Source of the DNA: Lingula anatina
Lineage: Eukaryota; Animalia; Brachiopoda
DNA length: 64,000 nucleotides
Direction of reading: 5' to 3'
Assembly: GCA_051362555.1 (NCBI GenBank)
Contig: CM120640.1
Location: 59,560,788-59,624,787, forward strand
Shown here: positions 26,652 through 40,533 of the stretch, piece by piece
Position numbering within the stretch: the first letter of the stretch is position 1
How the letters are laid out: every line of letters starts with the position of its first letter
The notes under the pieces: generated by a model
What the model was told of the DNA's origin: nothing
Seen by the model: only the letters and a program-made list of their open reading frames with translations
Database searches by the model: none
Program-made: the position numbers and the translations under genes

Positions 26652-26891
26652 CTTGAAGGGAGATGCCAGTAGTGACAGACATCTGCAATGACCGTGACTA
26701 CATCCACCGTTCTTCTCTTTACACTGAGCCAGCTAAACAAATACCCATCCTACAACAGAAAAAACAATTGATCACCACTACATTTGAAGCCACGATCAAT
26801 GACGCTAACACGTCTGAGGCTGCTGATAGGACCATGGTTGCCGGAGTATTTCATGTTTGCCCATGGCTGTCTCCATATGCTATGTTAGCCA
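26652..26891 (-). other. Putative upstream 5' exon of the ANK-CARD gene
   Basis: Consensus donor AAG|gtaagc at 26652/26651 and a GC-richer block. The 5' boundary is uncertain. Confidence 0.35.
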
Positions 26892-27553
26892 CTGAAATTG
26901 TTTTATCTTGAGATGACCAATATACTAACAAGTTATTGCCAGTTCTTCCCAAATCCGTTCTGCGTGCACAAAGTACTGGTGATCAATTTGTTCTTTATAT
27001 TAAAAAACATTATATACTGAACTAGGCTTTAAAACGAGCTCTCCGAGAGAAGATTAGCCAAATGATATCACAACAAACAGGTTTTTGATACTTTTCAATA
27101 CACACGCGGCATCATTTCCTGATATGTTCCTAATAACTCAAAATTGTTTTTATCTGACATAATGTCCTTTTATCTTCTCTTCCGATGTGTTACAGAAAGC
27201 TCGTATTAATAACCGCCGTCTTTGAAAGTGGGCCTATCTCACCCAATATCGCAGGATGGCAAACGTCTGAAGATTCACACTGCTACACCCTTTGTTTTTT
27301 TATTACAAAGTGTTTAATTTATGTATGGGGACCTGCCCCTTTCTCCATTCAACACCAATCCCCGCGAGCATCTATCCAAAGAATTAGGAAAACATAATTA
27401 ACGGTGCATTATGGAAACATCATTTCGGATCAATCTAGCGAATTAAAACTTGATTTAGGGTTCCAAATCGCTTCCGAGGGCTTGGTGCTATTCATCAAGA
27501 GAGTATAAATCAATACGTGCTGTTTCCAACAGATTGGCGACACCCAGGAAAAG

Positions 27554-27607
27554 TGATGCAATCAAAGTTTGCACAAAGAACTTCGGTGTTTTCGCGGGAA
27601 ATTTCCC
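27554..27607. promoter_or_regulatory. Candidate NF-kB site (GGGAAATTTCCC) with C/EBP-ATF composite site (TGATGCAAT)
   Basis: Perfect palindrome at 27596-27607 and TGATGCAAT at 27554-27562, ~0.7 kb upstream of the putative first exon of the - strand ANK-CARD gene. Motif match only. Confidence 0.35.
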
Positions 27608-29399
27608 ACCACTATTCATAATTTAGACTTCTCTGATGTTCTGAGTCTATTGGGCAGATGATTTGATTTGTAAGGGGATAAGTAATGACTAATGGTATTT
27701 TACCGATTTTAGGCAAATCGTTCATTCGATAATTTTTTTCTATCTACAGATTGGGTCATATTCCTTTGTTACTTTTAACACTTTCCAGTACAAATAATCT
27801 GCAATGCAGATTTGAAAATGACCGATATGGTCAGTTTAATAAGACCAACGCAAAGTGCAGCGATTTATTCTAAACTAGTTACATTGCCATTTGAAAGACG
27901 CTCGAACATCAGGGAATATCTACAGTATATTCTAAATTAATGAAATATTGGGCGTTTGTCACTAAGCTTTTACCCGATCAGCATCAGTGGTGTTTAATTC
28001 TGTATCAAGAGATATAAGACCACGATCGCCCAAAATATGATAAAGGTTCCCTCGGAAAGAATAAAATTTATTAATACTTGTTATGTGGATCACCTCTCTA
28101 AAGTCTACCAACCTGCACTTTATACATGAGTAAGCGATTTCATAAATAATGAATTTAGCGCCTGTACATACTTCATTTCAGTTGCCCTGGTTGCTTTAAA
28201 CCAACCTTATTTGTGCTCTTCGCTTGATATTGACCACTCTAATGTTAGTCTGCTTTTGTACCTAACTGTCTCATAATTCTATAAAAGAAATAATGGATAG
28301 GCAATTGAGCAGTTTGTCTTATAATTTGCCCACGGGAGCTGCTCGTCCTGATAGAACAATTAAGCCGATGCCATTTGGGGGGCGGAACGCATAAGCGACG
28401 TGTCAGAAATCAATTTATTTTTGCACCACTGGAAACAAATAGAAAATAACTGAAGTAGATAATTCGTGGAAAGAAAAGAATGGATTCCAATAAAATAACT
28501 CGGAAAAAAAAACCTAGGATCACTTCATGACGCATTCATGGCGCAATGATACGTAAAACCTTTTAGCGTCTTTCTCTAGGTTAAGATACAATGTAGCTCC
28601 TGTAAATGAATCAGTTACACAACCCGTTGTGACACGGGGCAGTAAAACGGCCTTTTATATTGACAGCCTGCAGCCGAACCGCAACCACTTCAACAAGAAC
28701 AATTAGGTGAAAGCCACTTTCCAATATGTTAGTGCACGCAGATGGTTTTCCTACTGGAGCTCAAACAAAGATTAAAAATTTCGCCTTAGGAGGAACGGGA
28801 TAATATAGTTACTAAACGGAACTGACTTAACCGTGTTCGGCATAACGCCAATATCGAAAAGAGGATGATGTGTATTATCTGAAACCAAAAGACAACGGGG
28901 GGTACAGACTGTTGCCATTTTACCCCCCCCCCCAAAAAAAAAAAAAAAAGCAGTTACGGGTCTCTGACATCAAATCTTGTTTTAGACCTCATGGACAGGT
29001 TATAGAATTCACATTCAAACAAGTAGCTTCAAAATACCTTTACATGCGAAACCTTAAACCATTCCGTCATATCGTCTAATTAAAAACCTACTAAACATAA
29101 AACTTTGCAAAGCTGAAGGGGCTAAGCGCAACATATTTACAAGAAATAACCAAGTAAATATGTTTTCAGAAAAAATAATACACATATGCGTATTAGTTGA
29201 ATATGATGTAAGAATCAGCTCACGTTGGGTTAAGTGCTTATTGTTATAATTGCAATTGTTAATGCTGAACTCATATCTGTTAGTCAGTTAGATATCTGAA
29301 AAAACTACAAACGACATCAAAATAAATCTTAGTTCCACAGTGGTCGCCATTTTGTTACTACCTGTCGTGTGTGTCATTGCAATGATATAAATCTCGGAT

Positions 29400-29435
<36 letters not shown>

Positions 29436-30525
29436 TATGCCAATTAATTGATCACGAAACCGCAACTTTATATAGGAAATTGAATGTTGCTGGTTCACTT
29501 TCTGAACAAACGACTACACGCTTAATCCATGTGTACTGTAGATATAAGCATATACATGTAGACTATACCAATTTTACCAATCACCATTTAGATTTTTCTA
29601 TCAAGGAAGAAAAGATGATATATTGCCATCAAATGAGTTATACCGTACTTTCCTTTTTCGATTTTTTATTTCATTAATTTCATTTTTGATAATGCCATAT
29701 CAAATTGGTGAGCTAATACTACGTAGTTGTTCGAGATTTAACTGTCTGGAGTAAAGCGTCGTCTCTTTTCCAATGCACGGAGAAAATTGACACCAGTGCG
29801 TTTTAGAATTTCAGTAGGTATGCATAGGTTTAAGGCGACTGAAGGCTTTGTCTTTCGTGACGTTCGTGAACATTATACCACTTGCTTTGTCTGAAAATCC
29901 AAATGTCATACTAATATTGGGATGGAAGCGCAAATCACAAACAATACATTTCAGTTAGACGGGCTGGATACTTGAATAACAACATAGCATGTTCACGCAC
30001 TAATTTTATTTATACTTTTGAAACCTCTAGATGTTATTAACGGAAATGACGTCCATACGCTCACGTAAAAGCTTTGCGTGACATGCAGAAAAAATCATCA
30101 TAACTTATACAATTTTTAAAAGACGTCCTTTGATGAGATTTTAATCTACTCGATTTATGCTGAAGTCAAGCGCTTCTTAAGGCATTTTAACAATTAGGTT
30201 TGAAAGAGTTTATTCTGCTAATCCATCCGAATGTATGAAGCGGTACAACATACTTAACGATAGATTTCTGCCATAATACAAAATCTTTGTGTTATTATGA
30301 ACAAACACAGCGAGTATCATGACACAGGAACGTGATATCATAGGTATTTTTATGATGAAAATTAATCAACCGGCTAATTGATTATCAGTCTGAATCTGCA
30401 TATGTTGACACTAAAGATATAGATAAAATGTTTTAACAGGAGTATGCCATTGCAGTAGTTAACGTAAGGGGAAGTTTAATCGAATCTTCTTGGTCGAGCT
30501 GTAAAAATAGTTTAACATGTATATA

Positions 30526-31400
30526 CAGAGTTGACATTTTGTTTGGAATTTTTTTAGTTTAAAGGGTATGTCTAGGTTGCTTTGACCCAGGATGCCGCGA
30601 AACAGACTGAACAGATGGTCATTGCCAGGCAGATTATTGTGTCACGAGCAAAAAGCCTTACAGAGGTTTGCCCAGATTGGTGTACATGTACCTACGTTGA
30701 GACAACGCCCAGGACACCCAAAACATACCACCAGGAGAGTGAACACACTGCTCTTACGCTTATGCTGCAAAAACCAAACAAAAGCAAAACGTACCCTTCA
30801 GAATGAGGAGCGGTTTAAAATCGCATTTTTTTCAAGATCCTTTGTGAACACCAGGCTGGTTTTTTACAGATTACTATAGCATATGACCTCTGAGCACCGT
30901 CATCTATTTCTGTAGCGAACTGGGAACCATCAGCGTTTGCGAGTACAACACTGGTACATGTACCATGTGGTTTTAAATGATGATGATGATGTTGATGATG
31001 ATGATGTCAGTCGATCTGGCCTCCGAGATGGTCGAATTGGAGTTAGTAGACTTCCTGAGGAGGCTTATGATGAAGCATGTGTCGCTCCTGGAGTGACTGG
31101 GGTCGGTAGGAACACCTGTGTTTGGGGTGGAATTCTCGCTGGTGCCAAACCCCATGTGAAGTCAACGGTGAATAGCTGAACCACGTCAAAGTTATTGGTT
31201 ATTTTATGGCTTAAAATCAGATATTTATTTTTATTATGCCCAATTGATGTTTTCAGTTAAAGATCGGCTGCCACAATGACACTGAAGAGATTATGAAAGC
31301 TATTAAAACACAAATAAAAATCTTTGTTTTCGTTTATCACTCACAAATATAGGTATAACAAAGTATATATTATTAAAATCCACATTAAATTTCAACTCTG
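30526..31400 (+). mobile_element. Internally deleted Tc1/mariner fossil with both TIRs
   Basis: TA|CAGAGTTGACATTTTGTTTGGA ... TCCACATTAAATTTCAACTCTG|TA. Transposase relics: LQRFAQIG..RQRPGHPKHTTRR (GRP box), W..VVLND, DGRIGVSRLPEEAYDEACVAP...VWGGI. Confidence 0.85.
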
Positions 31401-31413
31401 TATTTTAAATGTA

Positions 31414-32526
31414 CAGGGGTGACAAGAATATTGGCCATGATGCTTAAAGATTAAAGGCATCTGGATTTTTCCTTTTGTATTTTATCAAAATTTGATCATG
31501 TCATGTGAATACCTTTACTATGCATGTAAGTTTACAGACCCGTGCTTTCATAAATCATGTCATTATAGTATTGATATTTTGGGTGACAGCCAAGTGACCT
31601 GAAAATGATCACCATCCTTCTTATGGCGTCCAGTCCATCCTTTTGTGCCTTGTTGATGAAGCTACGCTTGAACTGCCTTGACCCAGTGAAGTGTTGCATT
31701 ATCATCCTGGGAAATAACTCCTGTCTCCAAAGATGTTTTCTATCGATATCAAAAGGTGTTGGTACAGAATTCAAATGTAGAGCTTGTAGTTGTAGGTTGT
31801 AGGTTTCCATTAACCAGCAGTGCCAGTTCATCAATACCGCAGTATTCGATCATGTTCGATGTAGCTCCAAACAATTATTGAAGCGGACTGCCTTGAAGGG
31901 AAACACGCGTGTTCTCTTCACGGCTCAAATCTTCAAAATTTTGATAACAAGTTGTCTCTTGTAGGCCTACTCGTCTTCTTCCGTTAGCCACTTTGTGGTA
32001 ACATTTGGCCATCACCATTTTCCACCAGCTACCTGAGTGACGCTTACGCCCCTCTCTCTGAGAGAAACAATCTTCTGGCGTTGCTCCCATATCTTCACCA
32101 TAGTAGCACCCGTGTTAGCAACTTGACAGCCAGAGGGACGTTCGATGACACCTTTACAATGCACATGGAAGAAAGCGTATCACTTGTTATTTGACAGATT
32201 ATTAACCATAAACAGTTTTTATCTAAGTCCTACCCCATGTCACCTAGAGAATTGTTCATACAGATGGTGCGATATTTATGTCACCAGATTTGGCTTTTTG
32301 TTCATTGAACAACACATTCCGTTAAACGGGAGACAGATTACCACGGAATGCCTTTTCAAAGCGACTAACACGAAAAAAAACGAAGCAAACCTTCGTATTT
32401 TCATATCTCCTCGATCTATACAAACCCAATTAATGGAACTTGACAAAAGTAGCAATAAAAGGCAAACACAAAAATGTTGTTTGAAATTTGGCCGATGAAG
32501 GCCGCATTAATTGTAATGCCCCTCTG
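31414..32526 (-). mobile_element. Second Tc1/mariner fossil
   Basis: End reads TA|CAGGGGTGACAAG at 31414. Frameshifted relics on - strand: GIDELALLVNGNL and QDDNATLHWVKAVQA*L (the QDDNAxxH motif). The right boundary is a weak TIR match only. Confidence 0.7.
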
Positions 32527-35204
32527 ATATAAAAAATGATGTAGATTAGCAGTTAACATTGAATAATGTTTAGTAATACCATTTACGTAGTTCTTATTAC
32601 ATTAGTGTATAATTTACAAACAAATACCACATATTTCAATTTGTGGGGTTGCAAAGAGGTACCTGTCTTTCTCGCTAACTGACTATTAACTCTTCCATAC
32701 ATTCTACCTTTGACTCAATGGCAGTATACCAGTAGCATGCTACACCTCCGACGAGTGACTAGAACATTGGTTGAAAACACTAATAAAATTAGTATTTTCT
32801 ACAAATTCAACGATCCATATTAATAAAAACCCTGCATATTTGGGTAAAGATGTTCTATACACATGCCATGGTGTAAGTTATCTCCCTTTTCTTTTCCCTA
32901 TACAGGTTATCTTTCCCCTTACTGTTCAGTGGGCCATTACATATTTCTACGTGGCACTCAGTATTGATCGACGACTGTCGAAGTTATAGAATTATTGGTT
33001 ACTAGGTAACCTGTAACAAGTTTAAGCACCTAAACAATCCCCTTGAACATCTCCTAACCCATGCAAATCTTGACACTAGTTCGTTTTAATCAGATAGAAT
33101 TATCGTCAGGTTTCTGACATTTATTTCACGTTGTGACGCCAGTATGAGAATTTCTCTGTAAACCTATGTTTAATTTTTTCTAGGGTTTTATTATTTCATT
33201 ACCGTTTCTTTGCTTGCTTCCCCCCCCCTATATTTTGTTAGTCATATGTTTGTTTGTTATGAAAAGAGGTAAAATGTATAAGGGAATACAAGCAGTAACA
33301 TCTAGGATCGCCGTTGACAACTCTGGTTTTCTCTGAGCCAAGTTTGAAAAGGCACATCTCACTGAATACTAAGATTCTTCCTGTTGCACAGTTGTCCCAG
33401 CCTTGTACAGTTGTAACCCAATCCACTTGTGCGTAATTACCACGGGGTAGTTTATAAATAAATTCGCATAGCCGCAAGACCCTGAACTGTGTATGATTTC
33501 CTAGACGCATATGGATGATAATTTTATGGAGATTAGGCAATGTAGTGCAGTGTCATGATTACAAATCCCAAGCTAGAAGATCTAAAAAAAATCAATTAAA
33601 GCACTGGCTAACTGGGTAACTTGTTAAATGATTCATGCCACTCTCCATGCCTGGTCTCTTAAGTAACATATACATTTTTAAAACGATGATAATCTTATCA
33701 CAGTTTTTGTTATTCCATATTGCAATTAAAATTAAATAAGATCAAATTTAAAAATACTCAAGGTCAGCCAGGAAAACGGACCTCCCCATCATTCAGCAAA
33801 AATTTAATCAGGAGTGTTGAAATGTAGAAACAGCGGTAAAATGTGTCTAAATAAGACAATCTGCCTGATCTTAACTGCCAAATAAGATTTAGCTACTTCT
33901 ACAAGATCTTATTTTAACTAAATGGTCTGAGATGCTTCCTATCAGAAACGTGAGAGATCTTGATTTTTTTTCAGTAATCCGAGTGCCATGTAACTATGCT
34001 AAAAGCATGTCCATTCTCTTGAAGCAAGGAACTTACTTAAATAATCAATGGTGAGAAAAGTGTTTCCTCGTTGAACGGCTGAACACATACAACTTCAGTC
34101 GTTCCACGGGGTAGCACTTTTCTTGGCATTAGTGACTTAGCAATCCAACATTCTGTCTTCAACCTCACTCGTCCAATAATTTAACTGCCGGATTAATATT
34201 GTATTGTATTGATTGATCACAGGAAAAGAATGTAAGGAAGTGCCTTTTGTATTGTAAAAGACATTTTAAATTCAATTGATCTATGTTCAAAATAGCGTTT
34301 GCGTTTATTTTGTTTGGATCAAATATATAATGGGACCAAGACGAGATGAGTATCTCAATTTCATTATCCTGCTCTACAACCACCACTTCTATATCTGTAA
34401 CATGCCACATACCCTGACCTAGGAAAACCCCCAGTGCCATACTTAAATCTTCCTACGCTTACTTAGACAGGAGTCTCAATTATCTACTCAAAAGCATTTA
34501 TATAGTCTATTATCACCTGATGATTGATTTCTAGGACATGCACATACCTTGATTTTCACCACTCGAAAGAGATAATTGTATTTAAGAGAACCATAAAAGA
34601 GCTTTTAACGAGACATGTAGGGTAACTGATGACAAAGTTCTGTAACAATTCGGTAATCACTTCGATGAAAAAAATGCATTTGGCTTTTACTGAGTGAGTG
34701 TTTTTGTTCGTTTCAGCTTATTGTTGTAACTCATGCAAAATATGGCCCTATCTGATATATATGTGTCATTTGCCTTTGATGAAAATTCCTAAATTTTATC
34801 TGTATTTGAACAACATTGTTTTCAAAACGGCAAATAACATTTTCTGTCGATAATGCGAGTTGAAAAACATTGTTCGGAACACCTAATGTCTTATAATTCT
34901 AGATGGAGAACACTGTTCGGAATGCTTACTTCATTCCAGTAACACTAAACAGTGTCATTCCGTGTTTACTTTTTAAAACTCCCATTTGGTTTAAATTCCT
35001 TGAGGTCTAACCTTGTATAAGCTAGCTACAATGGACCAGTGTGAATATACAAAAAAGATATGAGGTGTACAACATATCCTGATGGATAATATAAAGCATT
35101 CGTTTTGAAATTCACGTCCGTGCACTTAAAAGTACACAGTGTGAATTTTCATTTATATACTGATCGAAAAAAGAAAAGCTTGTTTTGTTCTGTCTAAGGT
35201 TTTA

Positions 35205-35560
35205 TGAGTCACCCTTCTCCATCTTTCAACCAGTGCAGCTCTTCGCTCTATGACATTGGTAGGCAGTGGCTGGTGGTAATGAAGTCGTTCGTCCAGTTCT
35301 TCCCATTCATTTTCAATGGGAGACAAGTTTGGTCTAAAGAAAAGTTTGATGCTGCTCCTCCTGTATGTACGCCTGTGCTATCCTGGCCGTATGGGAACGG
35401 ACGTTTGGTGTGGATGCATGAATGGCACAATCACCACGAGTTCTGTCTGGAAATTGTCACTTATGACCGCCAAAACCTTAACACTGTGCCGACGACAATG
35501 ACCAGAGGCACGGCCACTGTCCAGATCTGACAGCGTGAAATGATGTCAGCATGGATCTCA
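35205..35560 (-). mobile_element. Tc1/mariner transposase C-terminal fragment
   Basis: - strand reads QDSTGVHT...F, then PNLSPIENEWEELDERL...AALVERW, matching the SPDLSPIExxW motif that carries the catalytic E. Confidence 0.8.
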
Positions 35561-38184
35561 GTCTTCTAAACTAGGTTTTCTGATACAAGTGTCCACTAGC
35601 ATTGATAGTGGACAACTGAATTATGCAAGACTTTTGTCCCAATTTGTGAGTTGTCTGAATATTTAAAACTAGCGATATTGCCTGGAATCACTCAATTGTA
35701 TTAGTACTCTACTGCAGGACTGAGGTTGTGTTCTGTCATTAAATACAGTGACCATACAAACACGTGCATATTTTGGCATTTTGAAGCACTGTGGTCGATA
35801 CGAAAACTTGCGTTTCTTCTTTTTGGGCTAGTATATATACATTGAAATTATTAGGAATAAATACAAACAAAAACACAAAGATAAATTATCATCGGCTATA
35901 GAATAGGCCATTAGGATAAATGAACATTTCAACTTTACATTAAAACCACAGGAAACGAAGCTTCTGCAAGTTCAGGTTCTCTTTGTACCTTTACCATATC
36001 TGAGGTTTAAAATTCCTTTTTTGAACATACGATGTATTTTATCTCGTAAAGTCTTTAGATCAATTCGTTAACATAGTGAAGGCTTTTAAATGAACAAGTG
36101 GTTTTACGATTCATACCACAATGAATATTCGTACCTACTGCTTCTTGCAAAATCCTTTTATGCGTTTACTGGGGCGACAATTGCTGTAGGTGTTCTCGTT
36201 ATTTTGACTTTTTCAAGTACATGCATGCAAACCCTCTAGCTGCCATACATGCAAGTGCAAGTAGAGAAATTGCTTTTCTGTATAAAAGGACTAAAATTGC
36301 CTTGCTGTCACAGGTATAAAGCATGATCATAAAATGAAGACGACACTTCAATGCACATCATGCGACCCACTTTCAGCCTAATCAAATCAAAATAGTGGTT
36401 GCTTATTTCAATGAGACTTAAACAAACAAAAAATTCTCCAATGCAATGCGTCCTACGCTGCTTAATTTATGACAAAATGTTAACATTGCAGAACTTAAAT
36501 TTTATTCACTCAAACAAGAAAAGACTACTACACCATGCATTTACATATCAAACCAAATAACAAAGCTTTGAATGCTACATTATACTAAGGGCCTCTCTAA
36601 ACGAATTTCATCTTAATTGTCAAAATGTTTCAAGAGAACCGATTTTGAAATAAAATTTAAATATGTATGTTTGATGCCCCAATGCAAACCAGAGAATCTC
36701 TGTGTTAAACAACATTGGCCATGGTGTTGATGTAAAAGATAACTAGTTTTGGGCATCACATGTAAACCCCTCGCACATTTATCACTTTGTTAATGCAAGT
36801 ATTACACTGACTATGGGCAGGAAGGGGGGGGGGGAGAAAGTGAAATATTTTTTTTTCTTCAGTACCTTGTTTTAAGTGAACAAATAAGTATATAACAATG
36901 ATTGCACAACACAAATGAAAATAATGAGAGTAAACTGCTCTGGTAGCTTGCTTATCATGCCTAGACTAGTCTTATAACTGCAAATATTTCAACAAGAGGT
37001 TGTGCATAGACATCTTGAATCTGCAAATTTTCAAACATTAAAAAACAACATGAATATAAAATGTATTTGCCATACTACTTACATAGTGCTACTCCCTACT
37101 AGCTTTCTAACACATAAAAATAGTAGGCAGATCAATTCATAAGTAGTGTGCTAAGCTTAATATCATGAACATAACAGATATGGCCCATCATGTGGGGGTA
37201 CTCGAGTTGAATGTGGTAAAAGACTTACATGTACGTGTATACAAGTTTCTATGTGCATTTCTGTGCTTGTGCTTACATCCAAACATCAACAGTTTTAATT
37301 CTTTTCAACAAAACTTGTTTCTCAGTCAGAGATACCATCACCATTCCCATGGTTCATTAATTAGAATGAATACCACTCAAGTTACTGTTTTACAATCTCA
37401 GAACATATTAATTGGCAAATACATTAGCACATCTTACATTAGACTACATCATAAACCTTCATGCCACTGTACGTGTTCCTAAAAACCTCAGTCTTAGTTA
37501 CTTAATATTTTCTTTTGATAATGGATTTTTCAATGACATTCTCTAAATTTGCTGAACATACTGGTTACGGGTGACAACTGTATAACTTATTAAGTCAGTG
37601 CGGTAAGCTGAAAATAATCCGTCTCTCAAAATGTTCTGCATGTGAACAAAATTATGAAATATTTTAAAATCATAAAATAGAGGGCAAATTAGTTTCGATA
37701 GTTTCCATTGTTTTATCCTTATTAAGCATCAGCTGTACCTGCATCAACATCTTTTTTCCATCTTTATATGGCACATAAATATGTACCCCCGAGTCCTCCT
37801 CACAATTCTATAGACTCCCCTTCCACTTACACCTACTGATGCAATTTAATTTAAAATAAGAGAAAAAGAAAGATCTCAATCTAGTGTATTTTCCAATTAT
37901 AAATCATTTTTTCAAAACACTACCACTTCTATAAATACTTGATTAATATATATTGCATCTGTCTAGCACCCACTTAGGAAAATGCTGCTGGGCCCTAGTA
38001 CAAAACATAAGTATTGATAAATCTCACTAAAAGCAAGTTGGTCAAAGCTTGACCAGCATCTTTTATGATCAGACCAACATCTTTTTTTAATCATATCTGT
38101 GAATTAAATTAAAGTTCAGTACACAGTACAACTCCCCACGTTAAATAATCCTTAGATAGCAAATCACAGGTACATATCTGTCCA

Positions 38185-40533
38185 CTATTTATCTACAGGT
38201 CTCTTCTCGCTGTTCTTTCTTGTAAATTCTTCTGCATTTTTTAAAAATTTCTTTTTGTCTTTTGTGTATTCTTCTGCTACATCAGCTCTAAGAGGATGTT
38301 CTGGTTCAGGGGTATTTACTAATGCCACTAGGGCTTGAATAACTGGAAAAATATACACATCATAATACACAATTTCTTCTATAACATATCAATGGGGTTT
38401 GCTCAATTTTAGATTTAAGTTATTTCCATTAAGACTGAGAAAACAAGGGAATAGATCCAAATTCTGCTTACAGCATAATATTACAGGTTCTTCAAGAAGT
38501 CTGTATATGACATGTTTAAATTTAATTTTTAATTTGATTTCTTTAATCTTTAGAAGAAAGCACATATTTGTAAATCATTAACATAACAAGTGAGTTCACG
38601 TAACAGAGTACATATAATATGATGACTCCTGGTAACACTGTAAGAGTTAATACTATGCAGTGAACAAACAAAAAGATCTGAATCAATCATTACCCAGAAT
38701 TAACATTAATAGCACATTGTTTATATCAAATTACAATTACATTACCAAACATCCTCTCATACTGACCTTGATCTGTCTTTGTGGCAGGTTTCCAGTTTTC
38801 TGCACTTATTATAGGAAGGCATACCTGCCCCTTTTCATCTATATTTGGATGGTAGATTTTGGTCTTAAACGTCACTTTGGGAGGTTTGAAAGGATACTCT
38901 GCAGGAAAATCAATCGTAATACGGAATGCACCTTTGTCGTATGGAACACTTTCCTGAAAAATTTTAAAAATCCTCTTTGATTGTCAAACTGCCTGCATTG
39001 GAGCTATGTAATATGAGTTAACAGAAATATATTGTAATTGAAGAAAATAGGACATATCTAATTATTTAACTTGTAAATAGAAGATGAACAATGAACCCAA
39101 TTGTACTACATGGAGAAAACGTCACAGACACAGAAAAGGGGCATGAGTGCACCATTGCCTTGGGAATGACAAACCAGGGGTACGGTAATCTTAAGATTTG
39201 TGTTGTTTTGTATTCATCTGGATCAGTTTCTATGCTGGTGACCACCACAGCCCAGTTTTCACAGCGGTTCTGGATGATCCTACATATGCAAGCACGAAAC
39301 AGCTGATATCAAAATAATATCTGCTTCTTTATAATATAATTTATACTTTTTCATACATACCGGTACGATTAGTCCTTGCCATTGTAACATATTTTTCTCG
39401 TCAACAATGATATCTCTAAAACATGACAGTCCTGCTTTGCGCAAGTCTGTCAGCTCCTAAGAAGATAAAGATAGAGATAATAAGGCATAAATCTATCAGA
39501 AATAGTAAAAGCTGGCTCAAATACTATTCTATCATATAATAGCTTACATATGTAATATCACAACATTACTCTATTAAGTCACGGTTCCACTCTAAAGAGG
39601 CTGAATAATTACTTGTGTAAGGTAATTAATCAATTTAAAATATTGCACATGCCCTCAGTTTACCCCTCACCCCAGAAAGTGTGACATCTTCCATTGTCAC
39701 ATCTGCAGTCTGAGTTTTCTGTCTCTTGCAGTGTATTTTAGTGTTTTCACGAGAGAGTAAACACAGGGATGAGACTGCCATTTAGTGAAAAAGTTGGAAA
39801 ATATATTATGGGGTCCAGGGGGATGCCCAGGCCAATTATATTTTTGGCTCCCAAAGAGGCAGAAATCTGCCAATAGTACGACACTGCACATGCTTGAAAC
39901 TGCCATAAAGTTAGTGGTTATACTTACAAACATGTTTATTGTGAAAAAAGGGGTGTACTAAAAATCTTAAGCTCATACTGCAGATGGTCACATGTTTATT
40001 TCAATTCTAGAATGTGCTAATGGATATATTAGTTTACAAATAACAGTCAAGCCGTACATATTTACAAGTCCGGCTGATGACACTGGGTTTTCCCAAATGT
40101 CATATTAAAATATCACATATGACGACATTTTTGTTTCGATTTTTAAAAATTACTCCATTTACAATAATTTTTGTTGGAGACAAAGTCTACGAGTATCAAA
40201 TGTCATTCACTCATCAGTAACCAAGTTGAGGAAATCGATAATAAAAAAACATTCTACATTCCAGTAACAGGCAGAATTGTTTTTCTGCAACATAAAGTGA
40301 TAGAAAAGAAGAAAGGAAGAGGTATCGACCGGCAACGGGTGAAAAACAAACCGATAGCAACAACTGTCAACAAAATGCCTTTTTCTCAAACACGACCTTT
40401 TCTCGAAAAGATCAAGAACAAAGACTAATCTAACAGCTTGATCTGAATACTATTCTACCAGAGAATATTTCTACATATTCACTTCAAACACGCATTATAA
40501 AATCACCTTTTGCAACCTCCTGGTCGCTGCCAT
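38185..40533 (-). CDS. UBE2L3: Ubiquitin-conjugating enzyme E2 L3 (UbcH7)
   Basis: Exons 40533-40507 (MAATRRLQK), 39456-39361, 38953-38767 (YPFKPP...[30 protein letters not shown], with catalytic Cys), 38342-38185 (VIQAL...PEHPLRAD...EKRP). Confidence 0.97.

Noticed and set aside
26652-26732. EGF-like peptide LAQCKEKNGGCSHGHCRC on the - strand
   Set aside because: Only four Cys with the wrong spacing and no convincing coding continuation (the next exon has stops in all frames). Probably chance.
31532-32090. ORFs 31532-31834 and 31875-32090 as genes
   Set aside because: Off-frame readings of a frameshifted Tc1 transposase fossil.
33238-33540. 100-aa - strand ORF with VFSEMCLF, faintly like Tc1 VFSDE
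   Set aside because: Similarity is too weak to call; no TIRs found.
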